Shown: positions 1 to 8,056 of the stretch, in pieces
How positions within the stretch are numbered: position 1 is the stretch's first letter
How the letters are laid out: every line of letters begins with the position of its first letter
NCBI GenBank assembly: GCA_026709265.1
Contig: JAPOTI010000091.1
Coordinates: forward strand, 17,451-81,450
Direction: 5' to 3'
Source: Paracoccaceae bacterium
GTDB lineage: Bacteria > Pseudomonadota > Alphaproteobacteria > Rhodobacterales > Rhodobacteraceae
DNA: 64,000 nt
Translations under genes and position numbers: made by a program
The notes under the pieces: generated by a model
What the model was told of the DNA's origin: nothing
What the model saw: the letters and a program-made list of their open reading frames with translations, nothing else
The model's database searches: none

Positions 1-350
1 ACATCATAAAGCGGCTTATGTGTTGATTCTTCTCGTGTCTGGTCCCACTCTGACTTTGGAATCTCCATACCCGCCATCTCGGCCAGTCGGTGCAGGGTCT
101 CACGGTAATCGAGATTTTCTGTCTTGCGGATGAAAGTGATTGCGTTGCCCGTCTCATGACAGCCAAAGCAGTAATAGACACCCTTATGATCGTCGACTTT
201 GAAAGAGGGTGTTTTTTCCTGATGAAAAGGGCAACAGGCCCAGTGTTCACCCCTCTGGGGTCGTGATTTCCGTGAGTCCCAGGTGACCCGCCTGCCGATG
301 ACTTCAGCAAGTGACACACGCTCCATCAGTTCATCGGTAAACTGTGACAC
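1..350 (-). CDS. dnaG: DNA primase DnaG, N-terminal part (the gene runs off the left edge of the window)
   Basis: Manual minus-strand translation gives SQFTDELMERVSLAEVIGRRVTW...WACCPFHQEKTPSFKVDDHKGVYYCFGCHETGNAITFIRK. This is the CHC2 zinc finger of bacterial primase. A GTG start at 350 is preceded by GAGAGGAA. The ORF is not in the track because it is open at the edge. Confidence 0.85.
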   Translation of the reverse strand, partial: MSQFTDELMERVSLAEVIGRRVTWDSRKSRPQRGEHWACCPFHQEKTPSFKVDDHKGVYYCFGCHETGNAITFIRKTENLDYRETLHRLAEMAGMEIPKSEWDQTREESTHKPLYD

Positions 351-734
351 GATCAGTTCTGATTCCTCTCGCTTGGTTCGACGTCATGCTGGGATTGATC
401 CTGCACGGCAATCAAAAATGTCTGTCCTGAGAGTTTCCTAATATGGCGGGACCGGGATTGTTATACTCAAGCCTTTGGCCCCAATCCACCCACCGAATCC
501 GGCCCGGAACCACAATGGGCATGGAAGGTGACTCACTGAATCTGGCTGCACCAGAGCACGACACTCCCCGTGAGAGCACACACCCCTTGATACGAAGGCA
601 TGGGACTCCTGTCATTGGCGCACCCCTCCGACTCAACATCCATGGCTTTTCCACTGTTGAAAAAGGCGAAGAAACAATCCGCATATCGACATGCCGGACA
701 ATCGCTTCAGCGCTCTGATCTCCATCCCGGCGCC

Positions 735-1049
735 TCACTGACTGATAATCTCGACTCGTTGGATGAGGGTGTGAGTGACCCGATCAAAGATCAGAATCTC
801 GTTGTTTTCAGTAACGACAGCATACCAACGATCAGTCGCCGTAAAGCTCTGCGCCGCAGTTCCGTCCGGCAAAGCGATTTGCCACGGAAATGTTTGCGTG
901 GGGGGCACACTGATCGCATCAAACTTTGCGATGAACAGCCCAACAATGATAACAAATCCAGCGATGAAGGTCATTGTCATCGTGAAGACAAGAACCTTCA
1001 GCCATCTCAGAGTGCGGGCGTCAATACCCGCTGCCGGAGTGTCACTCAT
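735..1049 (-). CDS. Small single-pass membrane protein, function unknown
   Basis: ORF 735-1061. An ATG at 1049 gives MSDTPAAGIDARTLRWLKVLVFTMTMTFIAGFVIIVGLFIA, with one clear hydrophobic helix. No motif recognised. Its start overlaps the rluD start. Confidence 0.45.
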   Translation of the reverse strand: MSDTPAAGIDARTLRWLKVLVFTMTMTFIAGFVIIVGLFIAKFDAISVPPTQTFPWQIALPDGTAAQSFTATDRWYAVVTENNEILIFDRVTHTLIQRVEIISQ

Positions 1050-2115
1050 GAAGCTGGTCAATCATATCTGGCAAGTTGAGATCAAGGACGGTGCCCCGCG
1101 TCGCCTTGATAAAGCTCTTACCGTCGGACTTCCAGAAGAGGCTGGAATGAGCCGATCGCGCATGACGGGAATGATTCGCGCCGGTTGTGTGAGCCAGAAC
1201 GACATGACGGTCACTGAGCCCGATACCAAGACGCAACCGGGAGACGTCTGGACGATTCAAGTCAAGTTGGCAGACCAGGACAGTTTCCAGCCGGAAGAGA
1301 TTCCGCTTGATGTGATCTACGAGGATGACGAACTCATCGTGGTCAACAAACCAGCCGGACTGGTTGTCCATCCAGGACGGGGAAACTGGGGCGGCACCCT
1401 GGTCAACGCACTGATTCACCATTGCGGTGAGGACATCTGCCGCATCGGCCATAACGCTCGACCAGGAATCGTTCATCGTCTCGACAAGGACACATCCGGT
1501 GTCATGGTCGCAGCCAAAACTGACAGAGCAGTTCTCAGGCTCGCCGATCAGTTCGGGACACGCAGCGTGTCACGCCGCTATCATGCATGTGTGCGCGGCA
1601 TACCTGCCTTGCAGAATATCGCTGCATCATCAGCACATGTCGCCGCAAAACCCGGTGGTTGGTTACGCATTGAAGGTGCAATCGGGCGTCATCCGGTCCA
1701 TCGGACACGAATGGCCGTGGTCGAGGAAGGCGGGCGGCCTGCGGTGACCCGGATGCGCCTGTTGCGTCGACTGGCCAATCACGAGGCCGCACTTGTTGAA
1801 TGCTGTCTTGAGACCGGGCGAACGCATCAGATTCGCGTTCATCTCGAAACTGTTGGATTTCCATTGATCGGCGATCAGACATATGGCGTGGGTTCTCGTC
1901 TTTTGCCTGCCAGTGCGGGCGATACAGCACGCAATGCGGCTGCCGTGTTCCCACGACAGGCATTGCACGCCATATCCCTGGGATTCAATCACCCCAAGGA
2001 CGGGCAGAAAATGTACTTTGAATCGACTTATCCGACTGACATGGATAACCTTCTCGCTGCGTTGTCAGGAAATCATGAAGATGCGGATATTGAAAGCGCA
2101 CCGCGTGGCGCTTAG
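1048..2115 (+). CDS. rluD: RluA-family 23S rRNA pseudouridine synthase (RluD-like)
   Basis: From MKLVNHIW. Has an S4-like N-terminus (RLDKAL...SRSRMTGMIRAGCV), the catalytic motif HRLDKDTSGVMV, and HQIRVH. The track ORF begins earlier at 775, but homology starts near 1048. Confidence 0.85.
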   Translation: MKLVNHIWQVEIKDGAPRRLDKALTVGLPEEAGMSRSRMTGMIRAGCVSQNDMTVTEPDTKTQPGDVWTIQVKLADQDSFQPEEIPLDVIYEDDELIVVNKPAGLVVHPGRGNWGGTLVNALIHHCGEDICRIGHNARPGIVHRLDKDTSGVMVAAKTDRAVLRLADQFGTRSVSRRYHACVRGIPALQNIAASSAHVAAKPGGWLRIEGAIGRHPVHRTRMAVVEEGGRPAVTRMRLLRRLANHEAALVECCLETGRTHQIRVHLETVGFPLIGDQTYGVGSRLLPASAGDTARNAAAVFPRQALHAISLGFNHPKDGQKMYFESTYPTDMDNLLAALSGNHEDADIESAPRGA

Positions 2116-2144
2116 ATATTCACTTTAGACGACAGGAGGTGTGA

Positions 2145-3035
2145 TTGGCACAAATGAAGTCTCTGCCGGCACTGAAAGAAGATGGCGGATTGGCAACTTA
2201 TCTCGCTGAGATCAAGAAGTTTCCGATTTTGGAAAAAGAGCAGGAATACATGCTGGCGAAACGCTGGGTCGAGCATAATGACTCGGCAGCGGCGCACGGC
2301 CTCGTGACGTCGCACCTGCGACTCGCCGCAAAGATCGCAATGGGTTACCGTGGTTACGGACTCCCGGTCTCCGATGTAATTTCAGAAGCCAATGTCGGTC
2401 TGATGCAGGCGGTCAAACGGTTTGACCCTGACCGTGGATTCCGTCTTGCCACCTATGCGATCTGGTGGATACGTGCCAATGTCCAGGAATATATCCTGCG
2501 ATCGTGGAGCCTGGTAAAAATGGGCACGACCCGCTCGCAGAAAAAGCTGTTCTTTAACCTGCGCAAAGCCAAACAACGGATCGGCGCCATTGATGAGAAT
2601 CTGACCGATCAACAGGCTGAGCAAATTGGGCGAAATCTGAGTGTATCGGCCGCAGATGTGATGTCGATGGATCAGCGTTTATCGGGTCGGGATGGTTCAC
2701 TGAATCAGACAATTCGACAGGATGGCGAAGATTCAGGAGATTGGCAGGATCTTTTGGTGGATGAGAATTCTGACCATGTCGCAGACATCGCAGAGAAACA
2801 GGAAGCCGATGTGCGGCGCGGACTCTTGTTACAAGCGATGGATGTGCTGAATGAGCGTGAAGCTGATATTCTCGCGAACCGCCGACTCAGCGATGAACCG
2901 TGCACCCTGGAAGTCCTGTCGGTGAAATACAAAGTGAGTCGCGAGAGAATTCGTCAGATTGAAGAAAAAGCATTTAGCAAGATCAAGGATCGTGTACTTG
3001 AGCTTGCGAAGGAAAAAGGGATCGCACCCGCCTGA
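2145..3035 (+). CDS. rpoH: RNA polymerase sigma-32 (heat-shock sigma factor RpoH)
   Basis: Sigma-70 region 2 (ATYAIWWIRANVQEYIL) plus the RpoH box QKKLFFNLRKAK. AGGAGG lies 6 nt upstream of the TTG at 2145; an alternative ATG is at 2154. Confidence 0.9.
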   Translation: MAQMKSLPALKEDGGLATYLAEIKKFPILEKEQEYMLAKRWVEHNDSAAAHGLVTSHLRLAAKIAMGYRGYGLPVSDVISEANVGLMQAVKRFDPDRGFRLATYAIWWIRANVQEYILRSWSLVKMGTTRSQKKLFFNLRKAKQRIGAIDENLTDQQAEQIGRNLSVSAADVMSMDQRLSGRDGSLNQTIRQDGEDSGDWQDLLVDENSDHVADIAEKQEADVRRGLLLQAMDVLNEREADILANRRLSDEPCTLEVLSVKYKVSRERIRQIEEKAFSKIKDRVLELAKEKGIAPA

Positions 3036-3045
3036 TCTCCGATTG

Positions 3046-4863
3046 TCAACTCTGCATCGCTTCAAGGTCATCAATATAACCTGACAGGACTGAAATTCCC
3101 TTTTTCCAGAAATCCGGATCGGCAACCGAGAGGCCGAAGGGTTTGAGTAACTCACTATGATGTTTGGTGCCCCCCGCGGCCAGTGCATCAAGATATTTGG
3201 GCACAAAATCGTCAATACCGGCTTCGTAAGCGGCGTAGAGAGCGAGCACCAACCCCATCCCGAAAGCGTAAGCATAGACATAGAACGGCGAATGGATGAA
3301 GTGCGGGACATAAGCCCAGTGATTCCGATAATCGTTTGAGAAGGAAAAAGCCGGCCCCAGACTCTCCGTCTGGACCTCCATCCAGATCTGGCAGATTTCG
3401 TCGCCCGTTAACTCTCCCTGGGTGCGTTGTGTCTCATGGATACGGCATTCAAAAACGTGGAATGCTGTCTGGCGTACCATCGTATTGATGATATCCTCAA
3501 CGCGTTCAGCAAGCAGAGCCATCCTTTCACCTTCGCCGGATACCGATTGCAGCAACTGGTTAAAGGTGAGTGTTTCACCGAAAACACTCGCGGTTTCAGC
3601 CAGTGTCAGGGCTGTATCGGCCATCAAGTCACCCTGCCGGGCCGCAAGAGTCTGATGAACAGCATGTCCAAGTTCGTGGGCCAGTGTCATCACATCGCGG
3701 GGTCGCTCCTGGAAATTGAGCAGCACGTAAGGATGAATGGCCGAACCTGTTGACATGCAGAAGGCTCCGGACGCCTTGCCAGGTCGGACCGCGCCATCGA
3801 TCCAGCCGCGTTCAAAAAACTCCTCCGTGATTTTAGCCATCTCAGGCGAGAAATTTCCAAAAGCGGTCAGGACTTGATCCCTGGCCTCTGGCCAGGTGAT
3901 TCGTGTGTCTGAAACCATGGGTGGCGGGGCGTTGCGATCCCATTCTTTGAGCTTGCGCAATCCGAGCCAGCGCGCCTTGAGCCGATAATAGCGATGTGAG
4001 GTATCAGCATAGGCGCTGGTCACCGAAGTTAGCATGGCTTCGACAACGTCTGCTTCAATATCATTACTCAGATGGCGTGCGGCTTGCGGCGTGGCGAAAC
4101 CGCGCCAACGATCGGATATCACGGTTTCCTTGATGACCGTATTCATGACCAAGGTGAACAGCGGCAGTCGTGTGCCAAGCTCTTTACTGATTGCGCGTGA
4201 TGCGGAACGACGCAACTTGCGGTCGGAATGTTGTAGCAAATCAAGTGTTTCAGTCAAATTGCGCGTTTTTCCGGCTGCACGAAACTGCAGGGAGGCACAG
4301 GTCTCATCGAACAATCGGTTGATTGATGCCGCACTTGCCGAGGAAATCTCCAATGCGAATTGCTCAAGTTCAGCAGACAGCTTGTGTTGTCTGGCGGCCC
4401 GCAACTTGCGAAAATACGGTTTGTAACGTGCGAGGTCCGGGTGAGCCCCCAGCCGTTGTTTCAGCTTTTTCTTTTTGAGGGCGCAAATTTCGGTTTCAAA
4501 GAATGTCAGCGGACCCAGCCATGCGGTGATGGCATCGCGAACATCTCCCATCGACTTGCCACGTTCGGGATCCAACGTATCGGCATGGTAACGCAGGGCG
4601 ACAAAAGACGTCACACGGTAAAGCAGCCCGCGAATCGCTTCGTAGTCACGAACGCATTCCAGCAGGTCCGGTGCGCCAAGGCCGGCAATCTTATCAGCGT
4701 AGCGTGTCTTGAATGCCTTGGCTTTTGTCTCAATGGCAGCAAGAGATTCCGTCAACTCAGATGAGTCAATATCCGGAAAAAGATCGCTGAGATCCCACTC
4801 CGGTGCGGTACCAGCAGTAGTGGGTTGCGCATGATGTATGGTTGCTCTCGATTCTTGAGGCAT
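3046..4863 (-). CDS. pepF: M3B-family oligoendopeptidase F
   Basis: Zinc motif HELGHAVH and the size typical of PepF. Start taken at MPQESR (ATG at 4863) rather than the track start at 4923. Confidence 0.85.
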   Translation of the reverse strand: MPQESRATIHHAQPTTAGTAPEWDLSDLFPDIDSSELTESLAAIETKAKAFKTRYADKIAGLGAPDLLECVRDYEAIRGLLYRVTSFVALRYHADTLDPERGKSMGDVRDAITAWLGPLTFFETEICALKKKKLKQRLGAHPDLARYKPYFRKLRAARQHKLSAELEQFALEISSASAASINRLFDETCASLQFRAAGKTRNLTETLDLLQHSDRKLRRSASRAISKELGTRLPLFTLVMNTVIKETVISDRWRGFATPQAARHLSNDIEADVVEAMLTSVTSAYADTSHRYYRLKARWLGLRKLKEWDRNAPPPMVSDTRITWPEARDQVLTAFGNFSPEMAKITEEFFERGWIDGAVRPGKASGAFCMSTGSAIHPYVLLNFQERPRDVMTLAHELGHAVHQTLAARQGDLMADTALTLAETASVFGETLTFNQLLQSVSGEGERMALLAERVEDIINTMVRQTAFHVFECRIHETQRTQGELTGDEICQIWMEVQTESLGPAFSFSNDYRNHWAYVPHFIHSPFYVYAYAFGMGLVLALYAAYEAGIDDFVPKYLDALAAGGTKHHSELLKPFGLSVADPDFWKKGISVLSGYIDDLEAMQS

Positions 4864-4971
4864 GGCAAGATCTTTCGGGTTCAAATACGGGCAGATTGTG
4901 GTGCCGTGGTGACTTTGATGCATTCATGCGTGGCCGCGATTGTTGCAACCTTCCACGCCTGTCAATCAGTC

Positions 4972-5071
4972 GGGGATTATATACTTAACTACCCAAACCA
5001 CTACATATTCTATTATCAATTACTCGTAACCACTACGTATAGTACGATGGGTAGTCAGGTATATAATCCCC
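4972..5071. mobile_element. 100 bp AT-rich MITE (variant family member) with 8 bp target-site duplication
   Basis: Terminal inverted repeats are GGGGATTATATACTTAACTACCCA and TGGGTAGTCAGGTATATAATCCCC (24 bp, 2 mismatches). The element is flanked by a perfect direct repeat AATCAGTC at 4964-4971 and 5072-5079. No coding capacity. Confidence 0.75.
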
Positions 5072-5259
5072 AATCAGTCTATGCTGTCTTGACTGCGGTT
5101 GCACCTCTTTTGCTGTTTGTTCTTGAATAGGAACATAACTGTTTGTTGATAATGAATCTCTGGATTTGATCAAACAACATATGAGATTCTGAGATAGTGG
5201 TGCGGGAGATTGGAGAAATGGATTGAAAGGTCAGAAATCCCTTGCCCACCCGCTCCCAT

Positions 5260-5287
5260 AAATAAAGGGCGGCCAAAGCCGCCCCCT
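5260..5287 (-). terminator. Rho-independent terminator of porin paralog A
   Basis: On the minus strand: GGGGGCGGC-TTTG-GCCGCCC followed by TTTATTT, about 25 nt after the stop codon. Confidence 0.6.
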
Positions 5288-5311
5288 CAAATCTCTTATC
5301 CTGACCAGTGA

Positions 5312-6829
5312 TCAGAATTTCATGGTGATACCCAGATCGGCCACCGCGTTGCTGTCCACTGAGCCCGCACCGGCTTTCAGGGTCGCACCGCCACCCAGAT
5401 CATGGGAGAAACCGACACCGAAAGCGTCGACGGTGGTGGAGGACTTGGCGCCCCATTTCAAGGTTGTGTTGTCACCGTCTTGTTTGAGTGCATCACCATC
5501 ATCTCCTGTGGTTTCGTAATACGCTGCAACGCTTTCTTTTTTGTGCTGTGCAGCAACCAAGACAAGTGAAGTGGCTTCTGACATTTGATAGCTGAGATCA
5601 ACACCCATCGCTTGATTCTTCAGGTCGGGCTTGTTTGCTCGTGTGATATAAGTTTGATCTGCGTTCTCTTTGGCTGCCGCTGGTTTCAAAGCCTCATTAT
5701 CGGCTTCATCATGATCGCTATCGGTTGAGTAGAGAGCGTTCATTGAGATCTGGCCTTGCGTAAAGCCCATACCGATCGACATGACGCCTTTGCTATCGAA
5801 ACCAGCGCCAAAAGTGACCGGCTCAACATTGAAGCTGAAACCTGCGGCCCATTCGGCATCACCCGCTTTATCTCCGTAGGAGATCGCGACTGAGGCGACA
5901 CCAAAGTCCCCGTCATAACGAACCTGTTTGGCCGATTTCCCGTAGACACCTTCGGCCACATCGTCGATGCCGATGCCGTCAAATCCGGGGTCAGCCAGAC
6001 CACCCGCGAGCTTGTCAGCCGCATCCAGATCAGAACCAATCGTCAGCTTGTGCATGTCCATCGAGATATACACTTCGCCGTGATTGCCGACTGTTTGCCC
6101 GGCATCAGGATCGAAAGTCGCGGCTGTCGCGGCTGTCATCGGGCCATCACCGGGACCAATTTTGTAGATGGCCGCCCCGCCTTCAGCGGTTGCATTGTAG
6201 ACCCAGTTGTTTTCATCTCCCGTGAGGCTAACCACCTCAGGCTTACCGTCTATGACAATAAGGGCCTTGTTTTGACCATCCGTACCGGCTTTAAAGTCTA
6301 CTACAAATTGACCTTCGCCCTCTGCAGTGGTGTCTGTGTTCACGAGAATTCCTGTAATCTTTCCATCTTTAACTGTGACAACCCGTTTTCCAGCAGTCGT
6401 CACCGTATCAAAAATAAGAGCTTCGACACTTCCTTGAACTGCTTCCGTTAAGCTGTCCAAGTCTGCAATTGCCGCATCAGGCAAAGGTTCCGGATTCCCT
6501 GGGGTGGTACCTGCTACGAACCCGGTTTTGAGCTTCACTACTTCCATCGCTGCTTTCGCACCTTTTCCGGCACCCGTCACGGACTCCGTGTTATCGATGC
6601 TGACACTTCCACCGAAGCCAATCCCGCCGTCCGTTGTACCGGAAGCCGAGAACTTAATATCGAACTCATGATGAAAGGCCAGGGCACTTTTGCCCGGCAC
6701 ATCATTCGCCTCGTTATACTTCACCCCGAAGTTCGCTTCCCCGCTGATGGAGACGCCACCGCCGTCCATCGCGAAAGCACTGCCGCCTGCCACCATCGCG
6801 GCGGCGGCAAGTAGAGAGAGTTTTCTCAT
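5312..6829 (-). CDS. Outer-membrane porin, paralog A (general porin fold with a large inserted loop)
   Basis: Signal peptide MRKLSLLAAAAMVAGGSAFA. Porin-like ISGEANFGVK start, alternating beta-strand pattern, C-terminal ...DLGITMKF ending in Phe. Start set at the ATG at 6829, not the track start at 6961. Confidence 0.8.
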   Translation of the reverse strand: MRKLSLLAAAAMVAGGSAFAMDGGGVSISGEANFGVKYNEANDVPGKSALAFHHEFDIKFSASGTTDGGIGFGGSVSIDNTESVTGAGKGAKAAMEVVKLKTGFVAGTTPGNPEPLPDAAIADLDSLTEAVQGSVEALIFDTVTTAGKRVVTVKDGKITGILVNTDTTAEGEGQFVVDFKAGTDGQNKALIVIDGKPEVVSLTGDENNWVYNATAEGGAAIYKIGPGDGPMTAATAATFDPDAGQTVGNHGEVYISMDMHKLTIGSDLDAADKLAGGLADPGFDGIGIDDVAEGVYGKSAKQVRYDGDFGVASVAISYGDKAGDAEWAAGFSFNVEPVTFGAGFDSKGVMSIGMGFTQGQISMNALYSTDSDHDEADNEALKPAAAKENADQTYITRANKPDLKNQAMGVDLSYQMSEATSLVLVAAQHKKESVAAYYETTGDDGDALKQDGDNTTLKWGAKSSTTVDAFGVGFSHDLGGGATLKAGAGSVDSNAVADLGITMKF

Positions 6830-6959
6830 GTGTTTCTGTCCTATTATGTCAAGGAATGGACAGAGATCCTCCACCGTCGCAAAGAGACGCAGAATCAGAA
6901 GAAGAGGGTTGGTGAATTGACAGCTGTTGTCGGGTGATGCGGAAAGCTCCGGGATGACC
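6741..6959. repeat. Left arm of a perfect 219 bp inverted repeat (porin promoter, 5' UTR and first ~30 codons)
   Basis: In manual alignment, the reverse complement of 6741-6959 equals 9781-9999 with no mismatch. Weaker similarity continues outward to about 7040 on the left and 9638 on the right. Confidence 0.95.
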
Positions 6960-7189
6960 ACAAGGATCGCATCACGGATTCATGGGGATCTCACAGACAC
7001 GCAATCTTTATGATGACATCCCGTTTCAATGGTCACGGGGAACCGCTCCCCAGGATTCTTACCCTGTTTGTCGCCAATTCTCAGGTTAATTGACGCGCCA
7101 TACTCGCAGCCAAGACACGAAAAACCTATCTGTGGCGGGCGATGATCGGCCCCGCTGCTGAGTTATCAGATCCACAGCTGAGAGATCTT

Positions 7190-7480
7190 CTGGCGTGGAC
7201 TGACTGAGACCCGGCAACGCCCACCCTCAAAGACATCCTCCTCGAACCTTGAACCCCGCCGCCTGCGCGGCCACCTGCCCCCACGTCATCTTCAAAGTCC
7301 ATCCCCACCTTGCCAGTTCATCACCCCACGACGATTCCGCCACCCGGATTCGCTGTGCCGGAACAAAACGATCCGCCAAATGGCCGCGTCAAACGGGCTG
7401 AAACCGGAATTAGCGGGAATTTCTGTAGATGGTGGCGGTGCCTTGTCTTGCCGCGTGCAGCCCTGTAGACTTCGGCCATC
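7190..7480 (+). repeat. Copy 1 of a diverged ~290 bp repeat (its partner is at 53400-53690 on the opposite strand)
   Basis: Manual alignment with the reverse complement of 53400-53690. The core at 7215-7365 matches with only scattered substitutions. The flanks match with indels, including a ~40 nt insertion in copy 1. Confidence 0.7.
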
Positions 7481-7532
7481 ATGATCCGCCCGGCTGGTTG
7501 ACCCTTGGCGGACCCGGGATTAACGTGCGGGA

Positions 7533-7796
7533 ATGGAAGATGAACCGACACCTCACCAACTCTCCGAGCGGATCGTTCGACTGGAAGGTGAACTGAAAGC
7601 GCAGGAGGAACGCATGAACACGGCGAAGGCGGAAAACGAGACGTTGAGAGCGGACCTCGCCGCAACCATGTCCGGAATGCGGACTGATATTGCGGGTTAC
7701 CGCGAAGACGCGGCGCGGCGGGAGACCCGCCTGATCCTGGCCATGGCAGGGATGATTGCCTTGGCAATCACCATTCTCGGCCTGTGGTTGGGATAG
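7533..7796 (+). CDS. Small coiled-coil protein with a C-terminal transmembrane helix (XhlA-like architecture)
   Basis: MEDEPTPHQLSERIVRLEGELKAQEERMNTAKAENETLRADL... followed by LILAMAGMIALAITILGLWLG. This is an architecture call only. Confidence 0.45.
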   Translation: MEDEPTPHQLSERIVRLEGELKAQEERMNTAKAENETLRADLAATMSGMRTDIAGYREDAARRETRLILAMAGMIALAITILGLWLG

Positions 7797-8056
7797 CCCG
7801 TAACTGTGGGTAGATTCCAACGAAGGTACGTCAAGTCCCACAGGATGGGGTTGGTTCAGGAAAGGGCAGGATCCTACGTTAAGGTTTCCTCGCAACAAAG
7901 GTCCATGGTGCGACAGAGGATGGATCCGCGCCGGAAACGTCATGAACTGGCCAAAGGCAAACAGGCAGCGTAAAGAGGCAGGAAACTATCCCGCGATGGG
8001 CTCATTATTGCCGTTTGGACTTCCGCGGGCACGATTGATCACCGGAGGCTGGCCCC

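Noticed and set aside
412-738. A two-piece (permuted) tmRNA gene, suggested by GCC-AAT-GAC after GGGGTGC and by a ...GGTCCCGCCA end on the minus strand
   Set aside because: No T-arm or T-loop sequence is present. The acceptor strands do not pair in tRNA-like fashion. The putative tag frame runs 28 codons and does not end in the usual hydrophobic ...LAA stop.
5312-6961. N-terminally extended porin ORFs (549 and 580 aa in the track)
   Set aside because: The extensions precede a canonical signal peptide, MRKLSLLAAAAMVAGGSAFA. The internal ATG codons at 6829 and 9911 are the sensible starts.
7400-7520. A cobalamin riboswitch-like string (GCGGGAAT...GGTG...CAGCCCTGTAG) inside repeat copy 1
   Set aside because: The match is only partial, there is no B12 box, and the downstream genes are unrelated to cobalamin. 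Part of it lies in a ~40 nt insertion that copy 2 lacks.
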